64,000 nt of DNA. It comes from Camelus ferus (taxonomy: Eukaryota). Shown here piece by piece: positions 38,560 through 51,255 of this stretch. The first letter of the stretch is position 1. Each line of letters opens with the position of its first letter. The stretch lies in contig NC_045697.1 in NCBI RefSeq assembly GCF_009834535.1, positions 117,058,001 to 117,122,000 on the forward strand, in the 5' to 3' direction. The notes below the pieces were generated by a model. The model made no database searches. It worked only from the letters and a program-made list of their open reading frames with translations, and was not told the origin of the DNA. Position numbers and translations under genes: made by a program.

Positions 38560-39605
38560 TAGTTTCCATTTCTTTCTTAGCTGATCAACTGACTCTTATT
38601 TGTGTTCCTTTAGAAGTCTCTCTGCACCTCTATGATTTCCATACTTTTACATTTGTTAAGGTCTATCTTGTTGAATGTCCCACGTGAGCTTGAGGAGAAT
38701 GTGAATCCTGCTGTCCACGGATGAAGCAGTCCATAACTGTCCACGACATCCAGTCGATGGATGGTGGTGTTGAGTTCAACTGTGTCCCCACTGATTTCCT
38801 TTCTGCTGAGTCTGTCCACTGCTGAGAGGGCTGTGGAATCTCCCACTGCAATGGTGGATCCATCAGTTTCAGCTTGCTGTTCTATCAGTCTTTGCTTCAT
38901 GGACGTTGATGCTCTGTTGTGTGGCACATACATGTTAAAGATTGTTGTAGCTTCTTGGAGAATCCTCTTTATCATTACATAATGCTCCTCTTCATTCCTG
39001 ACAACTTTCCATGCTTTGATTCTGTTTTCCTTTGATTAATATTAGCATAGTATCTTTTCCTCCATCCATTTACTTTTAGTCTCTATGTGTCTTTATATTT
39101 TAATTGGTGTCTTGTAGCAACTTAAGAGTCTTACTTTGTGATTCACTCTGACAATCTCTGTCTTTTAATTGGTGCCTTTAGGCCACTGACAATTAAAATG
39201 ATTATTGATATAGCTGAATTAACAGCTACCATATTTGTTACGACTTTCCATTTGTTGCCCTTGTTTTTTGCTTCTTTTTTTGTCTTCCACTTTTTTTCTT
39301 CTTTTTGTGGTTTTCATCAAGCATTTTATATGACTCCATTTCATCTTCTTTTTTAGCTTTATCAGTTATAGTTTTTATAGTGGTTGCCCTAGGGAGTAAT
39401 ATATATTTATAACTAACCCAAATCCACTGTTAAATAACACTATAGCAAGTGTTGCTATAAATAACAATATATTAAGTGTGAGTACCTTTTAATAACAAAA
39501 TAATGCTGGTTCCTCCCTCTCATCCTTTGTATCCTTGATATCACCTATTTCTACTTACATATAAGCATGTATAATTGAATATATTGTTGTTATTATTTTG
39601 AATAG
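38560..39605 (-). mobile_element. Old L1 (L1MD-like) covering the inter-ORF region and ORF2 N-terminus
   Basis: Antisense L1 sequence; contains the endonuclease-like ORF below. Confidence 0.85.
38610..38975 (-). pseudogene. Decayed L1 ORF2 APE-type endonuclease domain fragment
   Basis: Translation has NMYVPHNRA (cf. NIYAPN), TIAVGDSTALS (cf. IVGDFNTPLS) and FTFSSSSRGTFNKID; the catalytic GDFN motif is degraded. Confidence 0.88.
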
Positions 39606-39944
39606 ATTCAAGGTTAAAATAGAGCTGTTGTTTCCTTCAAAAGTGGATTAGAAAAAAACTGGAAAATTTTGATGTACATAAAGAAATATGGTTAAAAAAG
39701 AAAGAAAATTATGAAGCAAGGAAGAAAAAGTCCTAGGATCTATTGAAAATTATGAAATTCTTATGGAATATTATGATTGTCTAGTGGGGAAATAAAGAAA
39801 AATAAACACATAGTTTCCAAAATACCTTAATCAATTTGAAAGGCACAACATTCTTTCCACCATATAGTTAAGAATTCTCTTCTAAAATATTTTAAAGATT
39901 TTTGAGTGATGCTTTTCTATAGGGAAACGAACAGGGATTTTTTG

Positions 39945-40110
39945 TGAGACCTGTATTCATACCTCAGCCCCATCACTTACTAATTGACTAATTGTAGTAC
40001 TTTGGGCAAATTATTTTTTTCTCTCCCTAGACTTCATTATTGTGTGTTCAATGAAGACAGTTCCTACCTTGAAAACTGATTTCTAGATCTAATGATTTAT
40101 GTGCTAATTG
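39945..40110 (+). mobile_element. MIR fragment
   Basis: CATCACTTACTA...CTTTGGGCAAATTA...TTCCTACCT. Confidence 0.5.
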
Positions 40111-40179
40111 ATCATCTGTGAATTGCAGTTACTACTTACATAACATTAGAACATTATATACTATGTATGCTCACTAGAG

Positions 40180-40227
<48 letters not shown>
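40180..40227. repeat. (CA)n microsatellite with one interruption
   Basis: Directly visible. Confidence 0.97.
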
Positions 40228-40229
<2 letters not shown>

Positions 40230-41654
40230 AGAATGATCCTCTCCCTAAGACCCAAGCCCACAGAACCCACTACCTAATGATCACAGTCATCAGGAAATGA
40301 GCATGCCAAGAAATAAACTCCTGTTTCTCTCTGCAATTTGAAGCATCAAGGTCATAGTTTTACACATTTTATCAGTGCCTCAGATCTGAGCATATGTGAG
40401 TTTGAGGCTAAACACTAGGGTGATCACAGAGGACACACACTGTGTAAACAATTAATACTGGAGGTGTAAGTCAGTCGAGCTGGAGAATGAGGGTGTAGCG
40501 TGTTGGCCATGAAAGAGGTGGGCACGTCTGCACTTGTGTTTGACATGTGCATTGGCAAGTTAGCCGGTGCCGGGGCATGGGGAAAGCCATTAGCTGAGGC
40601 ATAGCTTTTATTAACCCAGACTGCTATTTAAGCAAATTACTGTTTGCAGGGCTCTTTATTTGAGAACATCTTAATATCAAGTATTAAGTGTTTTGAGCAT
40701 TAGTATAAAAGGAACATCTGGTCACCCCCTGCTAACCACACTTGCTTGTGTTAGTTGGCTGGCTGGGTCTTCAGTGCAATGTTGATTGTGGTGATAGTGG
40801 TAGTGGTGGCATTCTTGTCCTCCTTCTGATTCAAAATGCAATACTTTAAATATCACTGCATTTAGAAGGTATTTATTGCATTTTTTTAATGTACCTAGAA
40901 CCTTTATTGGGTCAACCATTATCTTTGTAGAAACTACTTATTTATCAAAAACTCACCTGCCTACACTGGAAAAACATAGCAGGAAAAGCAACTTTTTCAA
41001 TAACACAAGTTTTTTTTTTTTTAAATAACAAAGTGGAATGAATATTTTGTGTTATTGAAACACTTATGTAATCATTGCCTCCAACACTAAAATGAGATGA
41101 ATTCATGATTCATCTGCAACACAGACTAGGAAAAAAAAAATGGCTTTGGTTTAGAAAGGCTGAAAATTTTTGATGAGAAAAGGCATAAGCCCCTGAAATA
41201 AAATATTTTGCAATTCTAATCAGAGTCCTAGCACAGTAAATTCTTTAGTTGCTATTTTCATATTTGCATATATATTTCAGACTTAGAAATGTATTCAGAA
41301 TAATGCCTCAAGGAATCCTACTCTTTTCAGTCCAGGTAAGGCTTTCATACTTACGACCCCAAATTGCTTAAATATTAATTTAACTCCAAGATTAAATATA
41401 GCAACAGTGTAGGGTCATTCTTGAGAAAACCCACTAAATTAGATTGAATCCAAGTTTACATTGTCAATTCCTGTCTGAAATTTATACTCTTCCTTAGGAA
41501 AGGTTTTGGTAGCAAATATAATTTTGTAATTTAGATTATTGAAATTATTTAAATAGCTGAAGTAATTTAAAGTACTTTCAATTTAAATTGAGATTTAATA
41601 GTAACATAAGAAAATAAAAACTTCTGTATTAAGTGATTTGAACACCCAAGCACG

Positions 41655-41915
41655 AGGAAATAGCTTAAGTGCATGGACACCATCGCAGGCTTGGTTCCTG
41701 GCTCTGGAATTTCTTTGCTCTGTCACCTTGGATACATTAATTGACCCCTTTGTGCTTTAGTTTCCTCTGTCAAATGGAGAGGTTAACACTGCCCCACTCA
41801 AAGACAGGTGTTATGAGAGTTTTAATGGGCTAATATAGCAAAAATCTTAGAACAATGCCAAGCATATAGCACACATTCAGTCCATTTTGACTATCAGTAT
41901 TATCATCATTGTTGC
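41655..41915 (+). mobile_element. MIR SINE
   Basis: TGTCACCTTGGATACATTAATTGACCCCTTTGTGCTTTAGTTTCCTCTGTCAAATGGAG...CTTAGAACAATGCC. Confidence 0.8.
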
Positions 41916-42440
41916 CAAAATGTCATGAAATTGATGATAAATTAGGGTTTTTCTAGTATCTGAAATACATTAAATTTTTAAAAAAATTTTACTGAAGCTT
42001 AGGTGATTTACAAGATGAAAAAGAATATCTAGGTATAACTGAATAACGATGCAGTGGTATCTCAAATATAGTTTCTATTAAAGTTTCAATGAAACATCAT
42101 ATATGGTTGCTATAGAAATGACAATTTGAATTTGTTGCCTTCAGTGAGGAAAATTTCAAGCTTTATTATTATTCATTCCAGTTAAAAATAAAACAGGGGA
42201 GGCACATGGGACAAGAGCTTTCCAAGCAAGCCTGGAACGATCGATGTCTGTTGTTTTACCATCCATGACGCTGCGAGCTACCCGAGGAAGGCACGCCTGC
42301 CTTCCTGTAGGCTCCAGGACTGGCAGCCCTATTATCTGGCCTCTCTTAGCCTCCTTTTGGGAAAAACACTCAAGTCCTCATTGCCATAACAACGGACTAC
42401 TCTCCCTAAAACAAGATGTGCTCCGAGTCCAAGTAAAATT

Positions 42441-42454
42441 GTTTCCATGGTAAC
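42441..42454. promoter_or_regulatory. Candidate RFX X-box
   Basis: GTTTCCATGGTAAC, a near-palindromic match to the X-box consensus GTT(G/T)CCATGG(C/T)AAC; two more X-box-like motifs lie within 350 bp. Confidence 0.5.
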
Positions 42455-43014
42455 TGCTACCTATTTAAGTGCGGCAGCCTGGTTTTTAATCAGTAAAATT
42501 GTCCTCTGTCAAAAAGCAAGCATGCATTTTTACCAAAATAATTACGTACATTTGGGAGGGTACGGCAAATGAAGAAAGGAAAGTAGATTTTCACAAAAAT
42601 AAAAATAAAATTGATTCCCCCTTTTTTAAAAGCCACAGCTTCTTGCTAATGAAGTGAAAATCTCCACGATGTACATATGCGCCAACCCGCAGCATGACCA
42701 TATGTGGAATACAAAACGTTGCTTTCTTACATTTTGACCCACATTAAAATAAAATAAAATCCTGATGACTGAAAATGGAAATGTCCATGATCCGAATCTA
42801 TTTCATTCTTCACGTCTCTTTTGTGAACTATAATGTCCAACCATGTTAAATGTGCCTTAAGTCTCATGCGGTTATCTTTTATCCTTTTTGTTTGTTTGTT
42901 TCAGATAATCTCTTATCCAAGTAAGTGAAATATGGATTTCTTTCCCATCAGATAAAGTAGATTCAGAATTGACTTGGTTATTCTCTTCATTATCATGTAG
43001 AGCTACCAAGGAAG

Positions 43015-43082
43015 CTTCCTTCCTTCCTTCCTTCTTTCCTCCCTTTCCTTTCCTCCTCCTCCCCCTCCTCCTTCTCCTCTCT
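43015..43082. repeat. CT-rich low-complexity tract
   Basis: (CCTT)n/(CCT)n run. Confidence 0.9.
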
Positions 43083-43274
43083 ACATGCTTTCTGATGGAT
43101 CTCCTCAACGTGAGAGTGAAAAGCTCGACACTGTGCTGACTTCCAGGGAACTCAAGCTGGGGGTGGTTTCCATACGTTAGTTATCTGTCCCATAGAAAAC
43201 AAAGTGGAGGGCAGCTTCGTTTAAGTGATAGTCTACTGAACGCTGATCCTTGTAGCAATGGCCAACTTCTTTGT

Positions 43275-43490
43275 ATTTAGACAGAACTGGGTTCAAATCC
43301 CAGTCTGTGATGTTTTAGCTGTGTGATTTGGGGCTTAGATTTTCTCATTCATAAAGTGGAGTTAAAATGCTTGCATCATTGGGTTATTGCAAGGATGAGG
43401 TGAGACCGTGCGTGTAGAAGGCTTAATATGTGTCCTATGTCTTGTACATAAAATGCACTCAGTGCTAAAAACAGTTACCATTATCACCGT
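43275..43490 (+). mobile_element. MIR SINE
   Basis: CTGGGTTCAAATCCCAG...TAGCTGTGTGATTTGGGG...TTTCTCATTCATAAAGTGG. Confidence 0.85.
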
Positions 43491-44772
43491 CATGAAGCTG
43501 ACTTGAATACTAACAGGGAGTGTATGGGAGGGTTACTGCCTTGGCATACACATAGCTTCTCCACAATGAGCTTTGTTTCATTTTTTAATACTTTAAAATT
43601 TTAATTAAAGATTCATATAAAATATAATGATACAATATATGTTTTATAGTAAATAATAAAAGGTTTTTTTTTTTTTAGCAGTACACAATCAAGATGAAAA
43701 TACTTGATGTCATTTAAGGTTATTTTAATCACCCATTTGTTTGTTTCATTTTAAGACCAACCGAATCAAATTTAAGACCAATATGTGACTTTCCTCTCCC
43801 AATACCAGAGGCACCCAGCAGAGCAGGTAACTTTAGGCTGAGATACAGGATTTTTCTAGGACAGTCTTGAACTTGAACACCCTGTTTCATTGCTCCCATA
43901 GGTATTGCTGTACCTGTCAGGAGCTGCATCCTGATCTGGGTGTAAAAACTATTGTCGGTGTGGATGTGAGACTTGTACCAGCCTGACACTGGCAGATCAT
44001 TCCAGCCACGTTTCCAGGTCTCGGAGAGCAGATGGCGCCCCGGCAGGGTCATTGAGCTATCACAAAGCAGGCTGGCAAAGTCCCAGGACGCCAGCCTACC
44101 TGTCAAGAAGCTGCAGAGAACAGCAGGTGACTCTTATTCACCTTTTTATTAGTTTCTAAGAAAAGGGCAAAAAGAGCCGGTCATCGAAACCCTAAGTAAA
44201 TTGGCAGCCCTGTCTCTGCCGTGTGGCTCAATTTTAACACCTACGGTGAGGTCTGGGATCGCAAATTATTTCAGCAATGATTTTCAGCAGCATAAAGTAA
44301 AAGATGGCCCTCTCTCTGCTCTCTGCTGCCTGTCCTGAGAGAAAAAAATGGAGAATCGGAACATCAGTCTTTCGGGATCCCCTGGTTGAAATCCGAATCT
44401 CTCCTTGGACCACTCACAGCCCAGTCGAGTTGAGGCCAGACTCCCCATTCCTCTGGGATCCCAGGCTCCTCACGTTCAAGGGATCTTCACTTCCTCACCT
44501 CTCTTCCAGCTCCTCTGATTATGGAAAATCATTTGAGATCGGATGAAAAAATTACCTGCGCATCCAGGTTTTCAAGAGGTTTGAAGGGAAGGGAAGGCAA
44601 AGAATAGATAAGACCAAGGCTGCTTGACAATATAACACAGACAAGAAAGGATGTGGGTGGAGAAAGTCTTTGTGAAACAGGGAAGTTAGGGCTCTTGGGG
44701 AGACGGGGAGAGCAGGGGAGGTGAGAGGAGTGCTTAGGAAATAAGTCTTCAGGCGGTGACACCACTCACCGG

Positions 44773-45211
44773 GTGTCGCAGTTCTGTAGGTCTGCAGGAA
44801 CAAGTTACCCTGAACTGCAAGGCTTAAAACAGTGGACATCTATTGCACCACAGTGCTGGAGGCAAACGCTGTGAAACCCAGGGCTTGGCAGGGCCACACC
44901 CTCCCTGAATCTTCTTGAGGGGAGCTTTCCTGGCCTCCTCTTAGCTTCTGATGATGGATGGCCGTCCTTGGCCCGTAGAGCCATCATTCCAACCCTATCT
45001 CCGTCTTCATGTGGCCTTTGCCCAGTCTGTCTGTCTCTGTACCTCTTGTTTTCTTCTAAGGGCACCAGTCATGTTGGATCAGGGCCACCCTAATCCAGTC
45101 TGACTTCATCCTAACTAATTCCATCGGCAACAACCCTATTTCCAAATTAGGTCCCATTCTGAGGTTCTGGGAGGGTCATAGATGTTGGGGGCACACTATC
45201 CAACTCAGAAC
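44773..45211 (-). mobile_element. ERVL-MaLR solo LTR (MLT1B/C-like)
   Basis: GGCTTAAAACA, GGCAGGGCCACACCCTCCCTGAA, CCCTATTTCCAAATTAGGTCCCATTCTGAGGTTCTGG. Confidence 0.9.
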
Positions 45212-46547
45212 CTTGGATTTTTTCCCCCATCCCCACATGTTACTCCCCACGGTAAAATTTGGGGAAGAGCTGGGGATATTTGCAAGATCCAAGACGAAGG
45301 CCAGGACTCAGGACTGCATCACAGTGACCTGGAGAGAGAAGGATGCTCTAAAAATATATAACTTCGGTTAGATTGCATAACTGGGGACAGGCCAACAGAC
45401 ATGGAAGAGAAATAATAATAAATATCATTATCTCCAACAAGCTCGGTTCCATGTCACAAGACACGTGGTGAGTGGAAGCAACACAGGTGTGAAGCAGACA
45501 CTCAGTTTAGGATTCTGGTTGGCAAGTTGCTTTTCTAAGAATTTTCACGGATAAATAGGGGTAAGCTTTACCTCATTTAATTCTGTGACTCTCAGATGAG
45601 ATGATATTCATGGCAGACCTCTCGCCAAGCAATTCCCCGAGCAGACCTTTCCCCCTTCTTTTCACATGGGCGTGTCGCCACACTGGTGGGGACCGGGGAC
45701 CGAGTCTCCGCCCCTTTAACAAGAGGTTCACATTTATTCCATCCAGGTCAGAAGTGAGACCTGCCTCCTCTAGCCATGTAGTAGGACCAAAGGCGAAAGA
45801 ATCTCTCATAATTTTTCACGCTCTTTTTCTTTGTAGAAATGTCCCTTTGTTTAGAAAAATAAAATATAAACTAGTCTTTTCAGATTAATGTGACTAACAT
45901 CACTTGATCAAGCATGCAGAGAACGTATGATACTAACCGAGTAGCTCACTGCCTTGCAAGGGCTCCACAGAGCTGTGATGTCTCCTTTACATCTGCTGCT
46001 ACGTGAGCAGGTGTTTATGCCCAGGGTCTGCCCTGAGCCTTAGAATTTAGCTGCATTAAAGTGCAGCTTCTGTATCCATCCTCTGTATCCTATTACTCAC
46101 GCCAAATTCTGGAAACCCAGGGTGGTTCTTCATCGAACGGCTCTGCAGCTGCTGAGTGGGAGGCGAGAGCAGTACATGTAAGTAGATCTGGTAAACAGTG
46201 CTTAAAATTAGGACGTGACAAACACCATTTTCTGCTTTTTCATGGCTTCCCTTGGGCATCAATTAAATACAGCATCTCCCAGCTTTTTCTCTTGCAGAAT
46301 CATTTCCTCCTCTGTCGTGAAACATTCAGATTGTGAATGCAACAGACAGCAATATCAAATTCTAATGACTATTTCCAAAATCGCGGGGAGTTGGGTCATA
46401 CCCAGGCGGTAAGAGACATGGGCGAAATTGAAATAATTTTTCCATTAACACGCTGATGAGTCAAGTTGGAGAATGAATTTATTGTGGGAAAGCTTCTTCT
46501 CCCCAAATGGGAAGTTAAAATTAGGGTGTGTTGTTACTATGCCTGAG

Positions 46548-46699
46548 AATTTCTTTTCTCTCTCTCTTTCCCCCCTCCTTCCCTCCTTCCTTCCTTCCCT
46601 TTTTTCTTTCTTCCTCTCTTCCTTTCCTTTCCTTTCTTCCTTTTATCTCCTCTTTGATTTCTTTCTCCCTTCTCCCTTCTCTACTTTCCTCTCTTTCTT
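46548..46699. repeat. Polypyrimidine (CT-rich) tract, about 150 bp
   Basis: Almost pure C/T on the + strand. Confidence 0.92.
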
Positions 46700-48324
46700 G
46701 AATGCAGATAATTGAATTCTGCATCATACTGATGGTTTGTGCCTTATCTTTCTATCATTTCTATCATGGACAGCAATGGCTAAAATGAATCCAGTGGATA
46801 TTCGATTTGCAAAGAAAAATCTGCCTCATTTTTGTTCCCCTAAAGAACATTATGTTTTATAGAAAAGCACTGCTATTAATAGAAACGTTGAACTATTTCT
46901 ACGTGTTGATTTTCAATCCACCTGTAAACGTTGTTTAATGTTTACCTCCCAGATAACATATTTTCTATGCAAGCAAATTTTATGGCAATCAGACCTTGAC
47001 CTAAAATCTTGTTTATCTTTTTCAAGACGAATATTTTGAAGTTTTTATGCTTAAAAGCACACATACATACACAAAATATTCACTTTGTTGGGTGCCTAAA
47101 AATCTCTCTGAAACACCCTTACATCTAGAAATAATTACTAAATGACTGGTTTTATCTATTCATCCACTAATTCTTTTAGAAAACCTTTGCTGACTGTCCG
47201 CCTCATGCAAAACACTCAGACACACTGCTTGGTGTTGTAGGGGCTGCAAAGATACCATTTCTCATTTTCATGGTTTTATGTCTGCTGGTGGAGGTGATGT
47301 GCTACCATATATTATCTATAATTCGGGCATGAAAGTGTCCCCAGTTAGGAGATGTAAACACACAAACAGTGTAAAAAATTCAGAGGAGTTTTCTAGAATA
47401 TGGGTATTTGGCACAAGTATTAGGAAAGAGAGGGTTTTTGAAAAAATATCTTTGAGGCAAATTAATAGATTCGTAGCAATAAAACAGTGCAATAAATCTG
47501 CACGACCTAAACACACAGGAAAAATGAGTAGACGGAGTTTCAGTTAATGGCTGGCTTTGTGTGTTTGGATGAGGGCTTGCTCTGTCTCTGCGTTGTTCTG
47601 GGACATGGAAACAGGTGCTATGTTACTAAAGCATGTTCTACACTGATTATTAATATACCTTTTGAAGAGCAATGAAGTGGGAGTGAAACTGAAATCATGT
47701 TTATTGCATTATAACAGTTTAGTCTGCCACTCTGGAGAGACTGATTCACAGGATAATGGATCTCTCTCAAGAATCCATTTAACTTAAAAAAAGAAAAAAC
47801 TAACAAGTCTTTTTCTGGTTTCATTCCTATGTCTGGAGAAAACTGGTTCTGGCAACAAGAGTTATTTAGCACAGAAAATGTTCTGAAAATCAGGAAAATG
47901 CCTTGATTGTCGTGGGATCTGCACTAGAGTATCATTCTAATGACTCGACGTGGACCAAGATGAAATGATACGTCTTCTGAAATAGTCACACACATGAACA
48001 CACCAACTCTTAGAGTCACCAACAAAATAAGGACTGGTAATTTTGTATGCTATGATATGATAATTTCAGATGGAAAAAATATTAATTAACCTTTCTATCT
48101 CTTTCCTGTTACCATCCCCACATATCCACTTTTTGTACCATATTTGTCCACCATGGAGGAGACAATCACTTTTGCTCATGTTTCATAGGGTGGCCCTAAG
48201 AAAGGAAACTAGAATGAATCCCGGGTTTAGACGTAGCTGGACCACGTTACCTTTAGTTGCGCTGCATAAGTAATGATATAATGTGATAATAGTGGCTATT
48301 TAAGTTTTAAGACTGGTTTGCTAT

Positions 48325-48500
48325 TTAGATATTTTCATTGAATTCTCCTAGACATAAGGTGTGAGGTGGACTGTTTTGTACATCATACCTATAAAGACAT
48401 GAAAACCAGATCTTCTGAGAGCTGTCCATGCTCAACCATCAAACTGGCAATAGAACTCGGATTGAGACAAGATCTTACCTCTCCACGCACTGAACTTTCT
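48325..48500 (-). mobile_element. Decayed MIR
   Basis: CATTGAATTCTCC...GTGAGGTGG...GGCAATAGAACTCGGATTGAGA. Confidence 0.45.
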
Positions 48501-50358
48501 CCATGACAACCCACTTTTCCTCTACCTCATGGCATATTTTAATTAGGGATGTTATCTGCAAATATTTTTTAACTGTTTTGAGTCAGTACAAAGAATTAAG
48601 CCTATGTGGATGAATAAAGAACAACCCATGGCTAAAATTAGCTCATTGGAAAAGTTGCATTTTTTTTTTTTTGTTACAAAATAGTGATCTTTCTGTTACT
48701 GGTGAAAATAGCACGGTTGTTTTATTTTGCATGGTCTCAGGGCTCATTTTCAACAGTCATGACCAGACATCACACCTGCTTCTTCTGCACAACGTATAGT
48801 TAAACAAGCTTTTCCATTTTACAGTTAAGTTCCAATAACAAAGCTTGGGAAATTAACTCATATTAGGTGACCTGCCCAAGGCTATTCTGCAGGTAAGATT
48901 ATTTTTAAAAAAGCAATAAAGCTTCTGCTACATTGCCTAAGTCCCTGAACTGTAACATTCCCCAATTCTTAATTATTTAACTGGTCAACGAGCTGTGCTT
49001 TTTTTTGATGAAAGATCATGCTCTTCTGCGATGCTCAGCATTTGTAACTAATGCACATATCATTGCCAGTATATCTTCGGATAAAAGCAATTTTAATTGG
49101 ACCAAGGTAAACAATGACATCTTGGTTTTACTAATGGCTGGATATGCATTGGCTGTTTAAAAGTTAATGGAAAACGAATCACCCACACTAGAGTTTCTAA
49201 TTTTCCACATGCATAGTTATAACATTCTGAACTAAGCTACTTGGCAAAATACTTCACAGGAAACATTCCTTCTTAATGAAGATAAGAAGGCAGATTATGC
49301 TCTTAGTAAGAAACAGTTTGATGTGTTTCCATGGCATTTAGTAAACTAGATTATTTAGACAATCTTACCTTATATGAGCTACTTAAACATTAGAAGAAAT
49401 TTTAAGTGATGTCACAGGACTCAGTATAATAAAAAGATTTAAGATGCCTATTACTTGCAGCATCCTGTGACTGTGTTAAAATCATAAAATATAAATATAT
49501 TTGCTTGGGTAGCATTTGGACTTATTTTATTTCAATTAAAAAGGCATCTCTAATTAGTGACTTTTTAGTACAAGAGAAAACATTTATATTGGGGGATTCA
49601 TTTTAAGCATACAAGCGTAATTTGATATGTTCTGGAGCAAAAAAAAATGAATGTATTTTGTTTTCATCTAACATGTGAAAACCACAATGTCTGATCGATT
49701 CATTTTCTTCTAAATATCAGTAAATATTTCTCAGATATATCCAGGAGACATTTAATCCACATCATCCGAGGCTCAGTGAATAATCAATAAATAAAAAGTA
49801 TTTCTTTTAATGAAAAGTCATTGGGGAAAAAAGGGCTAACTTTTACTTGAAAAGCATGACCATCTACAACTTCCTAGAGGCATGCCTGGGAGTCTTGGTG
49901 GACCACACTGCTTTTGTCTTAGACTCAGGGCACAGTCTTAGAGAAGGAAATTGAGTCACGGTGTTAAGTCAGGTTGGAAATAGATCATGGTGAAAATCAT
50001 GGCGACATCTCCCCAGATGAGTAGGATAGTAATCAGAATTATAAATCAAGGTCTATTGTAAACGTTTTTGTTTTCTTTAACTTCTCTTAGCCCTTATAAC
50101 TGCTTTACACGAAAGTATGGAAATGTGAACCAAGGTTTAGTTCCTGGAGAATTCCCAGTGCGATAGTAACACACACTGGGAGGCACGTGTAGGGAGCAAT
50201 GCCTATGTCATGTCTGAGTTTTACTGACATAAACTAAAGATCCAAATTAGCATCAGACAATAAAAATTTCACTCCACTAAATTAAAAATCTATCACTGTG
50301 GAGGTCATGCTCTCCTAATTGGTTTTAATTAAATAGATACTTGCAATGGGCTTAACAA

Positions 50359-50491
50359 TTTTTTTGGTAGGGGAGGGGAAGGTAATTAGGTTTACTTAGT
50401 ATTTTAATTTTTTAGAGGAGGTACTGGGGATTGAACCCAGGACCTTGTGTGTGTTATGCATGTGCTCTACCACTGAGCTATACCCTCCCCC
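50359..50491 (-). mobile_element. Camelid Vic-1-type SINE
   Basis: GGTAATTAGGTTTA...AGAGGAGGTACTGGGGATTGAACCCAGGACC...CTGAGCTATACCCTCCCCC. Confidence 0.92.
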
Positions 50492-50834
50492 TCTCGCTGA
50501 ATTTTCTGACCAATCCAATCAATAAATTAAGTGAATGCATAGGGGAAAAGCCAAATTTGTTTCTAGCATTAGATGAGCAAGGATACAGGCAATTAAATAA
50601 ACCTCACATTTTAGTGAGTTGCATGGTTATATTCAGATGCCTTTTTTGTGTCCTAGGCATGACCATAGGCCCATCACAGATGAGCAGGTCCTCATCTTGG
50701 GACTCAGCACAGGCTCCTTAAAGCATCCAATGTTCCACCAAAAACGGCTTCCTTTGTGTGTGTATACCATCACTCACGAAAGGTGAATCTTCTAGGAAAT
50801 TACAGAGCTATTATTTCAGTGGAATCCTGAAATC

Positions 50835-51255
50835 TACTTATTTATTCACCAAGTCTTTATTGAGAGCCTGTCACATGCAAGAAATATGACAGATCCTGGG
50901 GTCCTAGGTCTATGGCAGCAAACAAGATAAATACAGTTTTTGTCTTTAAAGAGTTTTCAGTAGAACAATAAATAAATATAGGAAACTCGGCATAGGGTCC
51001 TCTGAGAATACAGCAGCTAAAAATAGACACTATTCTTGGTTGGGCAATCAGGAAATAGTTCTATAAGCCAGTACATTTTTTAAAGGGGCAATTGGCAGAT
51101 GAATAGAAAATTAAGGTGGGAAATATGGGAAAAAATTTCTAAGAAGAGAGAAAAGCAAGCTGGAGAGGGTGGTGTGAATTCAAAGAATTACAAAGGTTGA
51201 TTACAAGGTGATTGGTTGGAACAAAGAACAAGCGATAGATTGAAGTAGAGAGCTG
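50835..51255 (-). mobile_element. L2 3' end (decayed)
   Basis: TTTATTCACCAAGTCTTTATTGAGAGCCTGTCACATGCAAG...GCAGCAAACAAGATA. Confidence 0.6.

Noticed and set aside
46473..46727. F/S/L/P-rich and E/K/R/G-rich ORFs
   Set aside because: Artefacts of the CT-rich tract
407..49960. Scattered AP-1 motifs (TGAGTCA)
   Set aside because: Dispersed, and not clearly above chance for a 7-mer in 64 kb
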